Positions 47,125 to 60,099 of a DNA stretch of 64,000 nt are shown piece after piece (within the stretch, counting starts at the first letter, position 1; each line of letters begins with the position of its first letter). The notes beneath the pieces are model-generated. The model did no database searches, was not told where the DNA came from, and saw only the letters and a list, made by a program, of their open reading frames with translations. The position numbers and the translations under genes were made by a program. Where the stretch lies: positions 9,982,001 to 10,046,000 of the forward strand of contig NC_058368.1 of assembly GCF_018350175.1 (NCBI RefSeq). The letters are read 5' to 3'. This stretch comes from Felis catus (taxonomy: Eukaryota).

Positions 47125-47424
47125 GGCAAATGGGCATACCAGACAACTAGGGACAGCTTTGCCCCAGAGCCCTCTGAAGTTTATTCCGAGTAGCCAATCC
47201 TAAGCCTGCTTCCCCTGCCTTGTCCATTCCTTCCTGTGGGAAAAACCACAATAAAGGCTCTTACCCACAGTCCCCTGTCTCTGCCACCTGCCTGACCCTG
47301 ATGCTTCCCCGGGTGGCCCTCCTCTGGGAAACTGAAGGTCACAGACTCCGTTTACAATGCAGTTACCTCCTGATCTGCTGGCCTCACCATACCTGAAGAG
47401 TCATGCAGCTTATATCTTAAAGCA
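47125..47424 (+). mobile_element. MER74-like ERVL LTR, 3' half
   Basis: tagccaatcctaagcctgct, aaaccacaataaaggctctt, ctcctgatctgctggcctcaccatacctgaa. Confidence 0.7.
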
Positions 47425-47431
47425 GAGGGCC

Positions 47432-47635
47432 GGGGTGCCTGGGTGGCTCAGTCCGTAAGCATCCGACTCTTGATTTCGGCTCAGGTCACGGTCTCATGGT
47501 TGTGAGATCGAGCCCCACGTCAGACACTGTGCTGGGCACGGAGCCTGCTTAGGATTCTCTCTCCCTCTCCCTCTGTCCCTCCCCTGCTCTTGTACGTGCC
47601 ATCTCTCAAAGATGAATGAATGAATGAATGAATGA
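47432..47635 (+). mobile_element. CanSINE with (GAAT)n tail
   Basis: Head ggggtgcctgggtggctcagt. Confidence 0.88.
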
Positions 47636-48889
47636 TAAGACAGAGAACGGCTACCTGTTGCTACTTAAGAGCCCTCCTCCCCAGGCGGACGACCCTCACC
47701 GCTAGCAGCCTGACGTGCTGTCCTCCGGTTTGTCAAGCTGCCTGCGGTTCTGTCTGCACGAATCTGTCCGCCACCAACCTCCTGCTTCAAAGGCGCGTGT
47801 CTCAGAGGGGTGTGGTTGTCAGTCCTTTATGACTGAGAGTCCGTCCTGGAGGACCTCTCTGTTCCTGGCACCCAAGTATAAGCCGGGGTGAGAAAGGAGA
47901 GAGAGAGAGATGGAGAAAGAGAAGGATCATTTACCAAACGGAGCTCTCTTGGGGCCGACGGGGCTGGACGTCAGGATATGTCCGAATAGGACGTGGAGGA
48001 TAGGGCGGGCCGCAGAGTGAGGGGTGGGGCGCAGCCAGCAAGGGCCACGTCCGGGCACTATTGCCACCAGGGCCTTCCAGAGAAGGGCCGAGAGTGAAAC
48101 AGAAGACAAAGGAAGCAGAAGGTACAGGTGACGTCCTACTCGTGCCCTTAAACAGGGCCACCACAGTGGACACCTCTGGGCGGCCTGGAATTTGTGCTGC
48201 ACTCGGGCCTTCCAAGGGGGTGTGAGAAGTGGGTGATATGAAGACGTGGGGGTCATTCTCTGGCCCACGGCTGTGGCAGGGGCCCTCGTGTTCCCCTTGT
48301 GAGAGCCGTTGTTGGAAGAGGCTGCCCGCCGGGGGTTCCATCTCGCATCCCCCACGCCAGACCCTGTCTCCCCGTGGGACCGTGGGACTGCCTGTCCGAC
48401 TGAGGGTAAGCCGTGTCTCTGCGGACCGAGCAGGTGAGGGGTCCAGGCGAGTCCGCTGTCTTCCTGCCCACCTGTGGTGAACGGGGAGGCCGGGTGTTGA
48501 AGATGAAGCGTCACATGACAGGAGGATCTTTGAATGACTCTTTGGAGGGCCGTGCAATCCAGAACATTCCTATCGGGCTCTGCAGGGATTGAAGCTTGTG
48601 ACATTTGGGGGTTATTTGTACAGCCTATTCTGACCAATACAACTGCCTGCTCTGAGTGGACGGAAATCTCATGGATCATTAAAATAGTAAATAATGCCCA
48701 AATCATAGGTTAGCCCATAATAAGAACTCTGGTCTGACCAAGGCTCGTGTGGGGTCAGTTAAAGAGAAGCAGAAGGCTCCTTGTGGGTTTGTAACCTGTT
48801 CAGGAGCTTCCCAGGTGAGATCTGAAACTGGGGGGCAGGGAGACACCGACTCCAGGTTGGTAGGGGCTGTTTCAGTAAGCAAACGGAAC

Positions 48890-49100
48890 GGGGCGCCTGG
48901 GTGGCTCAGTCGGTTAAGCGTCCTACTTTGGCTCGGGTCATGATCTCACGGTTTGTGGGTTCGAGCCCCGAGTTGGGCTCTGAGCTGACAGCTTGGAGCC
49001 TGCTTCTGGCTTCTGTGTCTCCCTCTCTCTCTGCCCCTCCCCCGCTCACGCTCCGTCTCTGTCTCTCTCAAAAATAAATAAACATTAAAAAAAAAAAAAA
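48890..49100 (+). mobile_element. SINEC_Fc, followed by an L2 fragment (~49100-49530)
   Basis: Canonical head, CT linker and A tail; L2 motif tgcaaaggccctgaggc downstream. Confidence 0.9.
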
Positions 49101-50849
49101 CCTAAGTAGGTAAAACAAGAAGTAAAACAGCTACGTTGTATCAAGGGCTATGACGGAGTCCAAAAAAAAAAAAAAAAAATCTGAGACAGAATAACTGATG
49201 GATATTGTAAGGAGGAGGCAGGGGGAACTCTCCCCCAGGGCCTCACGGAAGAAAAGGGGTGGGCTGCGAGCAGAGGCGGGGTGGAGGTCAGGACTGGGAG
49301 AAAGCAGAGGATGCAGAAGGAGGGCATGAGGCATTCCGGGCAGAAGGGGCTGCTTGTGCAAAGGCCCTGAGGCCGTAAGGCTGTATATGTCTGAGCAGCT
49401 GAACCGACCAGTGTGAGACGAGGTGGGAGCGAGGGAAAGTGGCATGAAACGAGGCAGGAAGAGCCAAAGGCTGGACGAAGCAGGGCCTGGGCAATGGTGA
49501 GAATTTGGGCTTTTATTCTCCTTTCAGTGTCACGGCTTCCTGGCCTTTTTGTTTCAACGGGCCCACCTTCGTCTTCCATCCAAACGTTAGGGAAATCTTA
49601 CAGATGGCCCCTTTCCGGTTTTGCCCTGAGTGGGTGTTCGTCCGCTCCAGGCTGGGCGAATCCCCACGGAGCTTCATTTTCTCCATCTCCTCTAATTCCC
49701 AGCTGAGGGGGGCTGGCACCAGACGCAGACTATGTGGCTTCCCAACACACCAAAGGCAGGAGCCGGGCTTGTTGGGTAACCGGACCGGTCACGGCTGCTG
49801 GAGCTTTCCATCGGCGCTCCCCCAGGAGCCGAGTCAGCCGGCTGCTGCCAGGAACCTCCACACCCCGTGCTTTGGGGGTCGGGAGAGGCACACGCATGCA
49901 CGCACACGCCAGCACTGTCCCCCCGGAGCGCGGGCTTGAAGCCAGCATCAGTGGGGAGCAACCCACGGAGGACAAGAACGTAGCAATTCCCTGGCCGCAC
50001 TGCAGAGCGGGCCTGACGCCTCCCGTCCCGGGCGTGGGGCCAGGTGGGCAGGCCCTGCCACGGGGTGACGGAGGCCACACCAGGGCATGACCGAGGCCTG
50101 CCCCGACATGCTCTCCGACACCAGCTGGCAGCAGCCACGCTCTGCCCTTAGGAGCACTCGCACGACAGTCCAAACCATCAGCTGCCGCGAGAGCCACATC
50201 GCTTCTGACAGGCGGGCCGCGACAGGGCCAGCGCCGGCCAGCGGGCAGGTGCAGAGGGCTCCATCCTGCGGCTCTTCTCCGAGGGCACGGCATGTTTCTT
50301 CCCCGCCCAATTAACTCCCCAGAGACCCATCCAGAAGGACTGGATTTGTCATGAAAACCGACCCGACAGGATTCGTAGAGAGCTGGCTGCCACAGAGGGG
50401 AGGCTGGGATCCAAGGCGCTCCTTCCCAGCGGGTCATTTGCCTGACTTCAGCAGAAATGCACAGCAGATAACCCAGAGCCGCACGAGCACCTGCAATGGA
50501 AGAATTCAGAATCACGAGTAATGGGTCTAAATTGGCAGGCTTTCACGAGAGTCCCACAAATCTCCAAGTAGACAGCTGCCATGGGTCACGTAAAATGTAC
50601 GTAGCTTTAATATACAGTTTCATTTTGCTTGAATATCAGCCTGGGTGCAGAGAATCAAAGAACGGCTCGGGGTAGAGAATTCAATATGAGAATCCAGCCG
50701 GGGCTGCCAAGCCATATATGTGCTAATGTTGCAGTTTCGACACCGGACTTAAGGTCAAGATTAATTCAGTGAAGAATAATCATTTCACAATGTCATAGAC
50801 ACCTTCTGAGTTGCAGAGCAGAAGGCATCCAGGAGGGTAGATGAGGCAT

Positions 50850-51145
50850 GGAGTGTGTTTTGCCAAATGGCCAAAGTGGGGAATTCTTTGGACGGACAGC
50901 CATATTTTTCTTTGCCTCAACTGCTCAAGTCGGCTGCTGCAGCACAAAGGCGGCCAAGGACAGTGCGTAAATGGTGACGCTGTGTTCTAATAGAACTTTA
51001 TTTGTGGACGCTAACATTTGAGTTTCACATAATTTTCACATGTTGTGAAATACTCTTCTTTTAACTTTTCCCTAACATTTAAAAATGTAAAGGTCATTCT
51101 CAGCTCATCAGCAGAGCAAAAAATAGTTGTTATTCTGACCCCTGA
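50850..51145 (+). mobile_element. MER58B-like hAT-Charlie element
   Basis: caactgctcaa, gctgtgttctaatagaactttatttgtggac, tttcacataattttcacatgt, aaaaatgtaaaggtcattctcagctc, tgacccctg. Confidence 0.78.
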
Positions 51146-51334
51146 AATGATATAAGGATTCCCTAAGCCATTGTGAGCCCATTTTCAACAAAAAAACCAA
51201 CTCACGGTCGACCTCGGTTTAGCTGTTCTCTTATCCTTTCTTCCTCCCTGCTGCAGTCTTGGAAGCAAACTCTAATCACCAAATTATTTCATCCGTATCC
51301 GTATTTCAGTATTTATCTCTAAAAGAGGACTCTA

Positions 51335-51560
51335 GGGGCGCCTGGGTGACTCAGTCGGTTAAGCGTCCGACTTCGGCTCAGGTCACGATCTCGCGGTCCG
51401 TGAGTTCGAGCCCCGCGTGGGGCTCTGGGCTGATGGCTCGGAGCCTGGAGCCTGCTTCCCATTCTGTGTCTCCCTCTCTCTCTCTCCCTCCCCCGTTCAT
51501 GCTCTGTCTCTGTCTGAAAAATAAATAAACGTTAAAAAAAAATAAAAATAAATAAAAATA
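51335..51560 (+). mobile_element. SINEC_Fc
   Basis: TSD aaaagaggactcta. Confidence 0.92.
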
Positions 51561-51689
51561 AAAGAGGACTCTAATTTTAAACATAAAACCACAGTGTCAT
51601 CATCACATCTGAAAATATCAATGATAATTCCTTAATATCAGAAAATATCGAATTAGTATTAGATTTTTCCAGCTGTTTCATGAATGTTT

Positions 51690-51919
51690 ATTTTTATTTT
51701 TATTTAAAAAAATTTTTTTAATGTTTATTTATTTTTAAGAGACAGAGACAGAGCATGAACGGGGGAGGGGCAGAGAGTGAGGGAGGCACAGAATCCGAAG
51801 CAGGCTCCAGGCTCCGAGCTGTCAGCACGGAACCCGATGCAGGGCTCGAGCTCACCAACCACGAGATCATGACCTGAACCAAAGTCGGACACAACCGATT
51901 GAGCCACCCAGTCGCCCCT
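51690..51919 (-). mobile_element. SINEC_Fc
   Basis: Reverse head; TSD-like tcatgaa(t/a)gttt. Confidence 0.9.
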
Positions 51920-52539
51920 CATGAAAGTTTATTATTACAGATTTTGTGTTTTCTTCCCCACCGTTTATTTGGGCTGGGATCTAGAGGAGATCCTTAAATG
52001 GCAATTGCACGATCTGTTCCTAAGTCTCTTCATCTGTGAGTTCCTTCTATCTCTCTGTTATTTTTCTTTACAAATGATTTGCTAAAGAAATTGTGTTTTG
52101 TTCTGCAGGGTTTCCTATAGTCTGTATTTCTGATTGCACCCCTGTGTTGTCGGACATAATGCATTGTTCTCCGTATTTCCTAGGGTACAGCGGTATTTTC
52201 TGCCATTTGGAAGTTAGAGGTAAGAGCTTCAGGAGATTCGAGTTTTCTTTTGTTTTTGGTCTTGCGTTCTTCCATCAGGAGGTACGTAACGTAACGTGTG
52301 GTTATTTCTTTTTTGTGTGTGGTTGGCAGCTGTTGGCGATTATTGCCTAGATCAATTCTTATTTTTTTAAAAATAGGCTATTTTTTAAAAACAGTTTTAG
52401 ATTTACAGAAAAACTGAGCATTAGTACAGAGAGTTTCCCAGATACCCCCTCACTGCTCCCCACAGTTTCCCCTAGATTAACATGTTGCTTTAGTGTGGTA
52501 CGTTTGTTACAACTGATGAATCAATATTGATACAGGCTT

Positions 52540-52760
52540 GGGGCGCCTGGGTGGCGCAGTCGGTTGAGCGTCCGACTTCAGCCAGGTCACGATCTCGCGG
52601 TCTGTGAGTTCGAGCCCCGCGTCGGGCTCTGGGCTGATGGCTCAGAGCCTGGAGCCTGTTTCCCATTCTGTGTCTCCCTCTCTCTCTGCCCCTCCCCCGT
52701 TCATGCTCTGTCTCTCTCTGTCTCAAAAATAAATAAATGTTGAAAAAAAAATTAAAAAAA
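52540..52760 (+). mobile_element. Young SINEC_Fc
   Basis: Head ggggcgcctgggtggcgcagtcgg and cagccaggtcacgatctcgcgg diagnostic of the young variant. Confidence 0.92.
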
Positions 52761-53782
52761 TATTGATTAATTATTGATAATAAAATATTATTATTATGGC
52801 TTATTTTGTCCACAGTTTACATTAAGGCTTACTCTTTGTTTTGTACAATTCTATGGCTTTGACAAACGTATAAGGCCATGGACCCACCATTACAGGATTG
52901 TGCAGAATAATGTCACTGCCTTAAAAATTCTCTGTGCTCCACCTGTCTAACCACCCCACACCTCTAAACCCTTGGCAACCACTGATCTTTTTACCGTCTC
53001 CACAGTTTTGCCTTTTCTGGAATGTCATATAGTTCGAGCCATACCGTGTGCAGCCTTTTCAGACTGGCTTCTTTCACTTAGCAACATGCGGATGTTTTTT
53101 TCCGTCTCTTTCTGTGGCTTCTTAGCTCATTCTTTTTATTGCTGAATAATATTCTGTTGTATGGATGTACCGAACTTTGTTTACCATTTCAACTACTAAA
53201 CGTTCCAGTTTTGGGCAATCATGAAGGAAATTGCTATAAATATTTGTGGGCAAGTTTTTGTGTGGACCTAAGTTTTCAACTCGCTTGGGTAAAAACCAAA
53301 GAGCACTATCGTTGGATCATGTGGTGAGAATATTTTAGTTGTCAAGAAACCGACAAGCTGTATTTCCAAGTGGTTGCATCATTTTTGCATTCCCACCAGC
53401 AAATGAAAGAGAGTTGCTGTGGTCCCATATCCTGGCCAGCTTTTGATCTTGTCAGGTTGTTTGATTTGAGCCATTTTAATAGGTGCAGAGTAAAATCTCA
53501 CCGTTGTTGTAGTTTGTGATTCTCTAATGACGTGGGGGGAAGTAGCTTTTCATATCCTTGTTTGCCATCTTATCTCTTCTTTGGTGAGGTGTCTGTTCAG
53601 ACCTTTTGCCCATTTTTAAAGTGGGTTGTTTGTTTTCTTATTCTTTTTTTTTTTCTTATTCTTGAGTTGTAATGGTTCTTTAAATATTTTAGATACAAGT
53701 CCTTTGTCAATTACATGTTTTGCAAATATTTCCTCCCAGTCTGTGGCTTATGTTTTAACAATGTCTTTCGCAGAGCAGAGGT

Positions 53783-54010
53783 TTTTTATTTTTTTTTTAA
53801 ATTTTTTTTTATGTTTATTTATTTTTGAGACAGAGAGTGACAGAGCATGAACGGGGGAGGGTCAGAGAGAGGGAGACACAGAATCTGAAACAGGCTCCAG
53901 GCTCTGAGCGGTCAGCACAGAGCCCGACGCGGGGCTCGAACTCACGGACCACGAGATCATGACCTGAGCCGAAGTCGGCCGCTCAACCGACAGAGCCACC
54001 CAGGCGCCCC
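53783..54010 (-). mobile_element. SINEC_Fc
   Basis: Reverse head; TSD-like aga(g/a)gtttttta. Confidence 0.9.
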
Positions 54011-54624
54011 AGAAGTTTTTAATTTAATAAAGCCCTGCTTCTTGATTTTTCCCCCCATGGATCATGCTTTTCATGTTGTATCTAAAAACATCACCAAACC
54101 CAAGGTGATTTAGATTTTCTCCTTTGTTGTCTTCTAGGAGTTTTATAATTCCGCATTTTACATTTAGGCTTAGAATCCATTTTGAGCTTGTTTCTAGGAA
54201 AGGTGTAAGTTCTGGGTTCATTCTTTTTTGCATGTGGACGTCCAGGTGTTTCAGTATGATTTGTGGAAAAGATTCCTTTCCTCGCCGAGTTGTTTTGCTT
54301 CTTTGTCAAAGATCAACTAACTGTATTTAAGTGGGTCTGTTTCTGGACACTGTGTCCTGTTTTATTGATCTCTTTGTCTACTTTCTCACCAATACCACGC
54401 CATCTTGATTAGCATGGCTTTCTAGTAGGTCTTGAAGTCAGGTAGCACGACTCCTCCCACTGTGTTCTTCTTCAGCACTTTGTTAGCTATCCGGGGCCTT
54501 CCGCTTTTCCATAAAAACTTTAGGATCCGTTTTTTGATATCCACAACATAACTTGCTGGAATTTTGATTGGGATTGCATTGAATCTGTAGATCAGGTTGG
54601 GAAGAATTGACTTCATAATAATAT

Positions 54625-54846
54625 ATTTTTTTAATTTTTTTTAACATTTATTTATTTTTGAGACAGAGAGAGACAGAGCATGAACGGGGGAGGATCAGAG
54701 AGAGAGGGAGACGCAGAATCCGAAACAGGCGCCAGGCTCTGAGCTGTCAGCACGGAGCCCGATGCGGGGCTCAAACTCACGAACCATGAAATCATGACCT
54801 GAGCCGAAGTCAGACGCTTAGCCGACTGAGCCACCCAGGTGCCCCG
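54625..54846 (-). mobile_element. SINEC_Fc
   Basis: TSD taataatat; splits the L1 ORF2 remnant. Confidence 0.9.
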
Positions 54847-55484
54847 TAATAATATTGATTCTTCTTACCTGCGAACATGAAATATCTCTCATTTATTCAG
54901 ATGTTCTTTGATTTCTTTCATCCGAGTTTTGTAGCTCATATGGTTCCTGTGCGTATTATGTTAGACTTGCACCTGTTACATTTTCTTGGTGCTAATGTAA
55001 ATGGCATCAAGTGATTCAGTTCACATTCCAGTTTTTCATTCATCCATTCATTTTTTTTTTTTAGGAATTGAAGAATGGTCATGCTCTTCCATTCCTTCTT
55101 CATTTATTAGCTGACACACTTTTATGTAGAAAAATTCCTCTTATCAACTCGTTGGCTACTCAGACATATGGAGCATTTAGCAAAGGAAGGATAAATGGAG
55201 TGGTTCCCTAACACCTCCAACATTTACCAATGAGTTTTTCCTTAAGCATTATCAGGAAAAAACATTTTATATATTTCAGCCTATTACATGTCATATCCAT
55301 AATGGTGCTCAAAGCATCCCCTTAGCAATGGGGGCCTTTTCAATTGACGTCTGACGTGATAGTTTCTCTGATAGTTTCTTTATTTCCTTAGGTGATAGGA
55401 TGGTCCTGATTCTTCTTCTGACCTGTTATCAGCCATTTCTCCAAGGAGCCCAAGTGTTTAGAAGCCACCAAGATATGCCTCTCT

Positions 55485-55697
55485 GGGGCGCCTGGGTGGC
55501 TCAGTTGGTTGAGTGTCTGACTTTGGCTCAAGTCATGATCTCATGGTTTGTGAGTTCAAGCCCCGCATCAGGCTTTGTGCTGATAGCTCAGAGCCTGGAG
55601 CCTGCATCCAATTCTGTGTCTCTGGCTCTCTCTGCCCCTCCCCTGCTCACACTCTGTCTCTCTCTCTCTCTTAAAAATAAATAAATATTAAAAAAAT
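55485..55697 (+). mobile_element. SINEC_Fc
   Basis: Canonical head, linker and tail. Confidence 0.9.
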
Positions 55698-55784
55698 TTT
55701 TGCCTTAAAGGTATGCCTTCCTACCTTTTCAGTGGGCAGAATCAGGAATCATACATTTTATTTGTTTAAGATAAAATATATCAT

Positions 55785-56005
55785 GGGGCGCCTGGGTGGC
55801 TCAGTCGGTTAAGCGTCCGACTTCGGCTCAGTTCATGATCTCACAGTTTGTGGGTTTGAGCCCCGTGTTGGGCTCTGTGCTGACGGCTCAGAGCCTGGAG
55901 CCTGCTTCAGATTCTGTGTCTCCCTCTCTCTCTCTGCCCCTCCCCGGCTCGCACTCTGTCTCTGTCTCTCTCTCAAAAATAAATAAACATTAAAATTTTT
56001 TTTTT
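55785..56005 (+). mobile_element. SINEC_Fc
   Basis: TSD aagataaaatatatcat. Confidence 0.92.
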
Positions 56006-56579
56006 AAAAAGATAAAATATATCATGAGTTTATGCAGATACGATCATTTTAGAACTGTGAGGTTTTTACTTAATCTTATTGGCTTTGTAGATGTCTTTTC
56101 TTTCTTCCATGCTGATATTGCTTTATCCCACCATACACACGTATCATCTCAGAATAACAGTGTTATTGAAAACAGTTTAGGTTTTTTTTTTTTTTTCTTT
56201 TCCAGCCCTTGTCCTTAGGGTATATCTCATTAGACATCTACAATAAAATAATGGTGTTTGAAAATTTGCTGGTATAGTTCCTCTTTGTGTGGTTATGCCA
56301 CCGAGAAGGTGTGGGGTGAAGTTTACTTCAACTTGGTTTTGCTTTTTAAAAATTCACGTATTTAAAAATAGTTAACGTGCATTCGTCTCTTCATATTTTT
56401 TAGAAATATTTTTGCTAGCTTATCTTTGGAATGAATTCCTAAAAGTGGAATCACTGCTTCCAAAGGCAAGTACATGTGTGATTTTGCTCAATACTGCCAA
56501 CTCCCCCTCTATTTGGTTGTACTATTTCACATTTTACTGGAAACAAAAATCTGACGTCCCACCTTGAAGTTTCTTTGTA

Positions 56580-56810
56580 ACGTGTGTTAGGGCATGTTAT
56601 GTGTTTCCTTATATTTTGTTTTATCCTGGAAACAGCCCCAGGAGTTAGGTATTGTTCTCACCCTGACTTTATAGATGGGGGAACTGAGGCTCCAGAGGGC
56701 TGAAATGTCCTGCACACAACAAGAAAGGAGTTGATTATGGCCCTGATGGTATGCGTAGCCGCAAAGGACCCTTGGGTGAGACTCAATATCCTGCCTCTAC
56801 GCCCAGTGGC
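56580..56810 (-). mobile_element. MIR
   Basis: aacagccccaggagttaggtatt...tttatagatgggggaactgaggctccagag. Confidence 0.68.
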
Positions 56811-56888
56811 TGTCTACCTGCCAGCTTCCTGGAGGCTATGGGAATTTGCCAAGTATTTTTCCAGTGCAGGTTAGAAGTGTGAGATAGC

Positions 56889-57125
56889 CGGGCGCCTGGG
56901 TGACTCAGTCGGTTGAGCGTCCAACTTCAGCTCAGGTCATGATCTCGCAGTTTGTGGGTTCGAGCCCTGCGTCGGGCTCTGTGCTGACAGCTCGGAGCCT
57001 AGAGCCTGCTTCGGATTCTGTGTCTTCCTCTCTCTCTGCCCCTCCCCCACTGGTGCTCTCTGTCTTTCTGTCTTTCTCTCTTTCTCTCAAAAATAAATAA
57101 ACATTTTTAAAAATTTTTTTTAAAA
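56889..57125 (+). mobile_element. SINEC_Fc
   Basis: TSD agaagtgtga(g/a)atag. Confidence 0.92.
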
Positions 57126-57149
57126 AAAGAAGTGTGAAATAGTTGACGC

Positions 57150-57414
57150 GCCCTGGGGCGTGCCTCAGCCAATGGGAACAGGAGCCCTGCATGTGAAGGC
57201 ACAATTGCGAGACCCTTCTACATCATTCCTCAGGAGACTCCAGTAGGATTGAGCCCCCTGTCACAGCGGTAACCTGCTCAGTAACTCAGCTTTAGTGGCT
57301 TTGCCTTCCTTCCTGTCTCCCTCCTTCCTTCTTCCTGGGATCACTTTCCAAATAAGTGAACTGGACCCGAGTCTCTGATGTAGGCTTTGTTTCTGGGGAA
57401 ACCCAAACTAGACA
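57150..57414 (+). mobile_element. LTR16-like ERVL LTR fragment
   Basis: cctcagccaatgg, cagtaggattgagcccc, ttcctgggatcactttccaaataa, ttctggggaaacccaaactagaca. Confidence 0.75.
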
Positions 57415-58399
57415 AACAGAAAGAGCATCTATCCAGCTCTGAGCCATGCTGACCCATGCTTCTGGCACCTGGAGGGCCTGGTGTGTCAAACGTAGCATGT
57501 AGACTTTGGCTTCCCCGGAATGCAGCCCCCCAGTCCTATGGGGCCATCCCATAGCCAAGCCATGGTCCTCTCCCCTATAACTATGGTCACATCGCACTCC
57601 TGGAGCAGATGTGCCGGGAAGTTCGGTTTTATCAAGGACCACTCTGTGATGTTTGCTCTAGAGAGTCTCCAGCCCTACCCCACCCCCAACTGCCCCAACT
57701 ATTGCTTTGTATGAGCTAAAAGGCTGTGTCTGGAAGAGGACCCTAGGTTCTTGATCACTGGTGTGGGGATAGGGCTGTGGCTCTGGACTGGCCTCAGTAT
57801 TCCTTGGTTAAGAAGGTATTTGCTCATGATGCTATGGTCTTTTTTTGATGTCTGGAAGGGAGCCATTGGACACGGGTCTTCTAGGTACAAAGCCTAGGAG
57901 AAGCGAAGGAGATCCCAGGATCTATTGGCAATGCCAGTGCGGTTGCCTAGGTGCCTTGATCGTCTAGATGCCCTCTGCAAAGGCTGAGTGACCCATGAGG
58001 TATGTACTTGAAATTGTACTTGAATTGAGATTGCTTAATTCAGAGAGGGACCACTTCTCAGAGACAGAGTCACTCTCACCTTACGTGGCCTGGCCTGGTT
58101 GGTTCCCTTTGAGGCCACATACCCAGAGCCCTTCACGCTCATGGGACAGCTCCTCACCTGAACCTCATGGGGCATTTCCCACCTCTACCCATGTAAACCA
58201 TTGACACAGAGACCAAAGTGCTCCTCTGGAGGGTTGCAGACTCAGTCCTCTCTGCCCCGAGGTAAGAGAAGGAGAGAAATAGGTTAGATGAGGTGTAGGA
58301 TTTGTATTTAATAAACAGCTCTTTGTGTTTCTTTGTTTTGTTTTTGGTTGGATTCTCCTCTCCCACATAGAATCTGAGGGTGAGGGCATGGCCCTGGCA

Positions 58400-58800
58400 G
58401 GGACGGTTGACAATGAATTTGTTCATTCATGTATTTACCAAATGGCTCCAGGCAAGAGGCCCACAACAGAGACAAGGATGGTCCTGTGGGGACTGACCCA
58501 GTCCTTTTGGTGGAGAGGGGATACACTTAAGTAAGAACACATTCACAAGGGAGTGACAGTTAGGATGAGGGGAGTGGAGGGTACCATGGAAACGATGTGA
58601 CAGGTGCTTTAAAGGATGAGAGGGGACCAGGGGATTCCCAGAAGGGAGAGCTAAGCCGAGGCTGGAGGTATAAGATTGAGTTCCACCAAGAGGCAGGACT
58701 GGGGAAAAGAAGATCCTGGACAGGAGCAGATAACACATCCGGAGGCAAGAGAGGAAACACAAGGCATTGAAAAAATGGAAAGGATTGCCGAAGGCTGTGA
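58400..58800 (-). mobile_element. L2 fragment
   Basis: ttcattcatgtatttacc..., ttcccagaagggaga..., aaggcattga. Confidence 0.55.
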
Positions 58801-59819
58801 ATTGTAGTCCGTGTGAATATAGTTATCAGAGTTGCGGATGGCTTCCTCTGAAGTCTGGCATCAGCTTCTGGGCCACCAGGTTCTGAAAATTCACATCCAT
58901 GGTATGATGGTACATATCTTACATTCTACCACTTTCTGGGGCGTGGTGCTGCCCACTGAGACATTCTGACTTAGGAAGAAATACCTATCTCTTCACATCT
59001 TTTTATCTCCCAGCCTGGCGTGAGCCACGATGGGCCAAAATGTGGGAGTGACTGGGTCCACTGGGAAATTGGGAATGCTGGCCTCCCAGTGAAAAGCAGC
59101 ATAAAAAAAAAATGCAGGCTAAACAGCGGTTTGATTAGAGAAAACTCTATCTGGGAAGAGAGAAGAAGGAAGGCCTACTTTTCAAGAGTGTTCAAGAACC
59201 CGAATTTGCATTTGTTTACGAGAACAAAAAGTTGGCTGGTGAGTTAAAGGACTGGTAATTATACTGTACCTCCGTCAACATGTTCTCAGGGGGCTGCTAA
59301 ATAAAAATAAAGATCTTTGCCCCAAGATCATATGTATCCTGGACCTGCCTGATAGAGGTTAATAAAATTAGTGAGCAAGATAAATGTGCAGAGAGACCGG
59401 AGCGCGCTTCTTTGATTTTGTAGAAGAGAGCCACAAAAATAAAACTCTGGGGCCCATTCCATCTTAATCACGACAGACACTGAGCCGGCCTCCTGCTTCG
59501 CTGAGTCAGCCTGATCTCTTGGAACGGACCAAGGCACAAGTAAGCACATTTGACCGAACCTTTGTGATAAATGACTTTAAAAAAAATTGGAATCCTGTGT
59601 TATTAGTGGTTCGCCATAATTAAGCCTACTTCTGAAGGCTTCTGTTACGAAGAAATAGCAATGACCCTTTAATTTAGCTGTTAAAATCATAGATGGATTG
59701 CATAGAACAATGAACCGGTGTGCATATTAAATTTAGGAACGTTGATTTCAAGTTCCGTGACTCATACCATTTCTACACGGCAGAATTATTTTCCAGAAGC
59801 CCGAGTTTCCTTCTATTCT

Positions 59820-60092
59820 CTCTCTCTCTCTTTCTTTTTTTTAGTGTTTATTTATTTTGAGCATGGGAGAGAGAGAGAGAGAGAGAGAGAGAGTGCAAAT
59901 GGGGGAGGGGCAGAAAGAGAGGGAGAGAGAATCCCATGCAGGCCCGAGCTGTCAGTGCAGAGCCTTACTCCAGGCCCGACTCAAGGCCCGACCCGGGGCC
60001 AGCGCAGGCCTTGAACCCACAAACCTTGAGATCATGACCTGAGCCGACACCAAGAGTTGGATGCTTAACCAACAGAGCCACCCAGGCGCCCC
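59820..60092 (-). mobile_element. CanSINE with internal aggcccgac duplications
   Basis: Reverse head gagccacccaggcgcccc and (GA)n linker. Confidence 0.88.
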
Positions 60093-60099
60093 ATCGGGG

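Larger units (their letters stand above)
52365..55030 (-). mobile_element. Old L1 (L1MB/MC-type): 3' part of ORF2 and 3' UTR, fragmented by SINEs and flanked by older L1M remnants (~51230-52360 and ~55030-56560)
   Basis: ORF2 remnants SILPNLIYRFNAIPIKIPASY...ILKFLWK..RPRIA...LPDFKTY (54422-54616) and SKWILSLNVK..IIKLLED.KGENL..LGFG (54024-54233); 3' end aaaacagttttagatttacagaaaa. Confidence 0.85.

Noticed and set aside
47927..50515. Long minus-strand ORFs (259, 208 and 261 aa)
   Set aside because: Overlapping frames in GC-rich sequence, Pro/Arg/Gly/Ser-biased, partly over old repeats, with no recognisable homology.
54024..54616. Reverse-transcriptase-protein (L1 ORF2) peptides
   Set aside because: Short, interrupted by stops, frameshifts and SINEs; a dead L1 fossil, not a functional gene.
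1683..57204. Many similar short ORFs (e.g. ...AQSVKRPTSAQVMISR..., ...GGGAEREGDTESE...) resembling a gene family or repeat array
   Set aside because: All are translations of CanSINE copies, not paralogous genes or CRISPR repeats; spacing is irregular and copies have tails and often TSDs.
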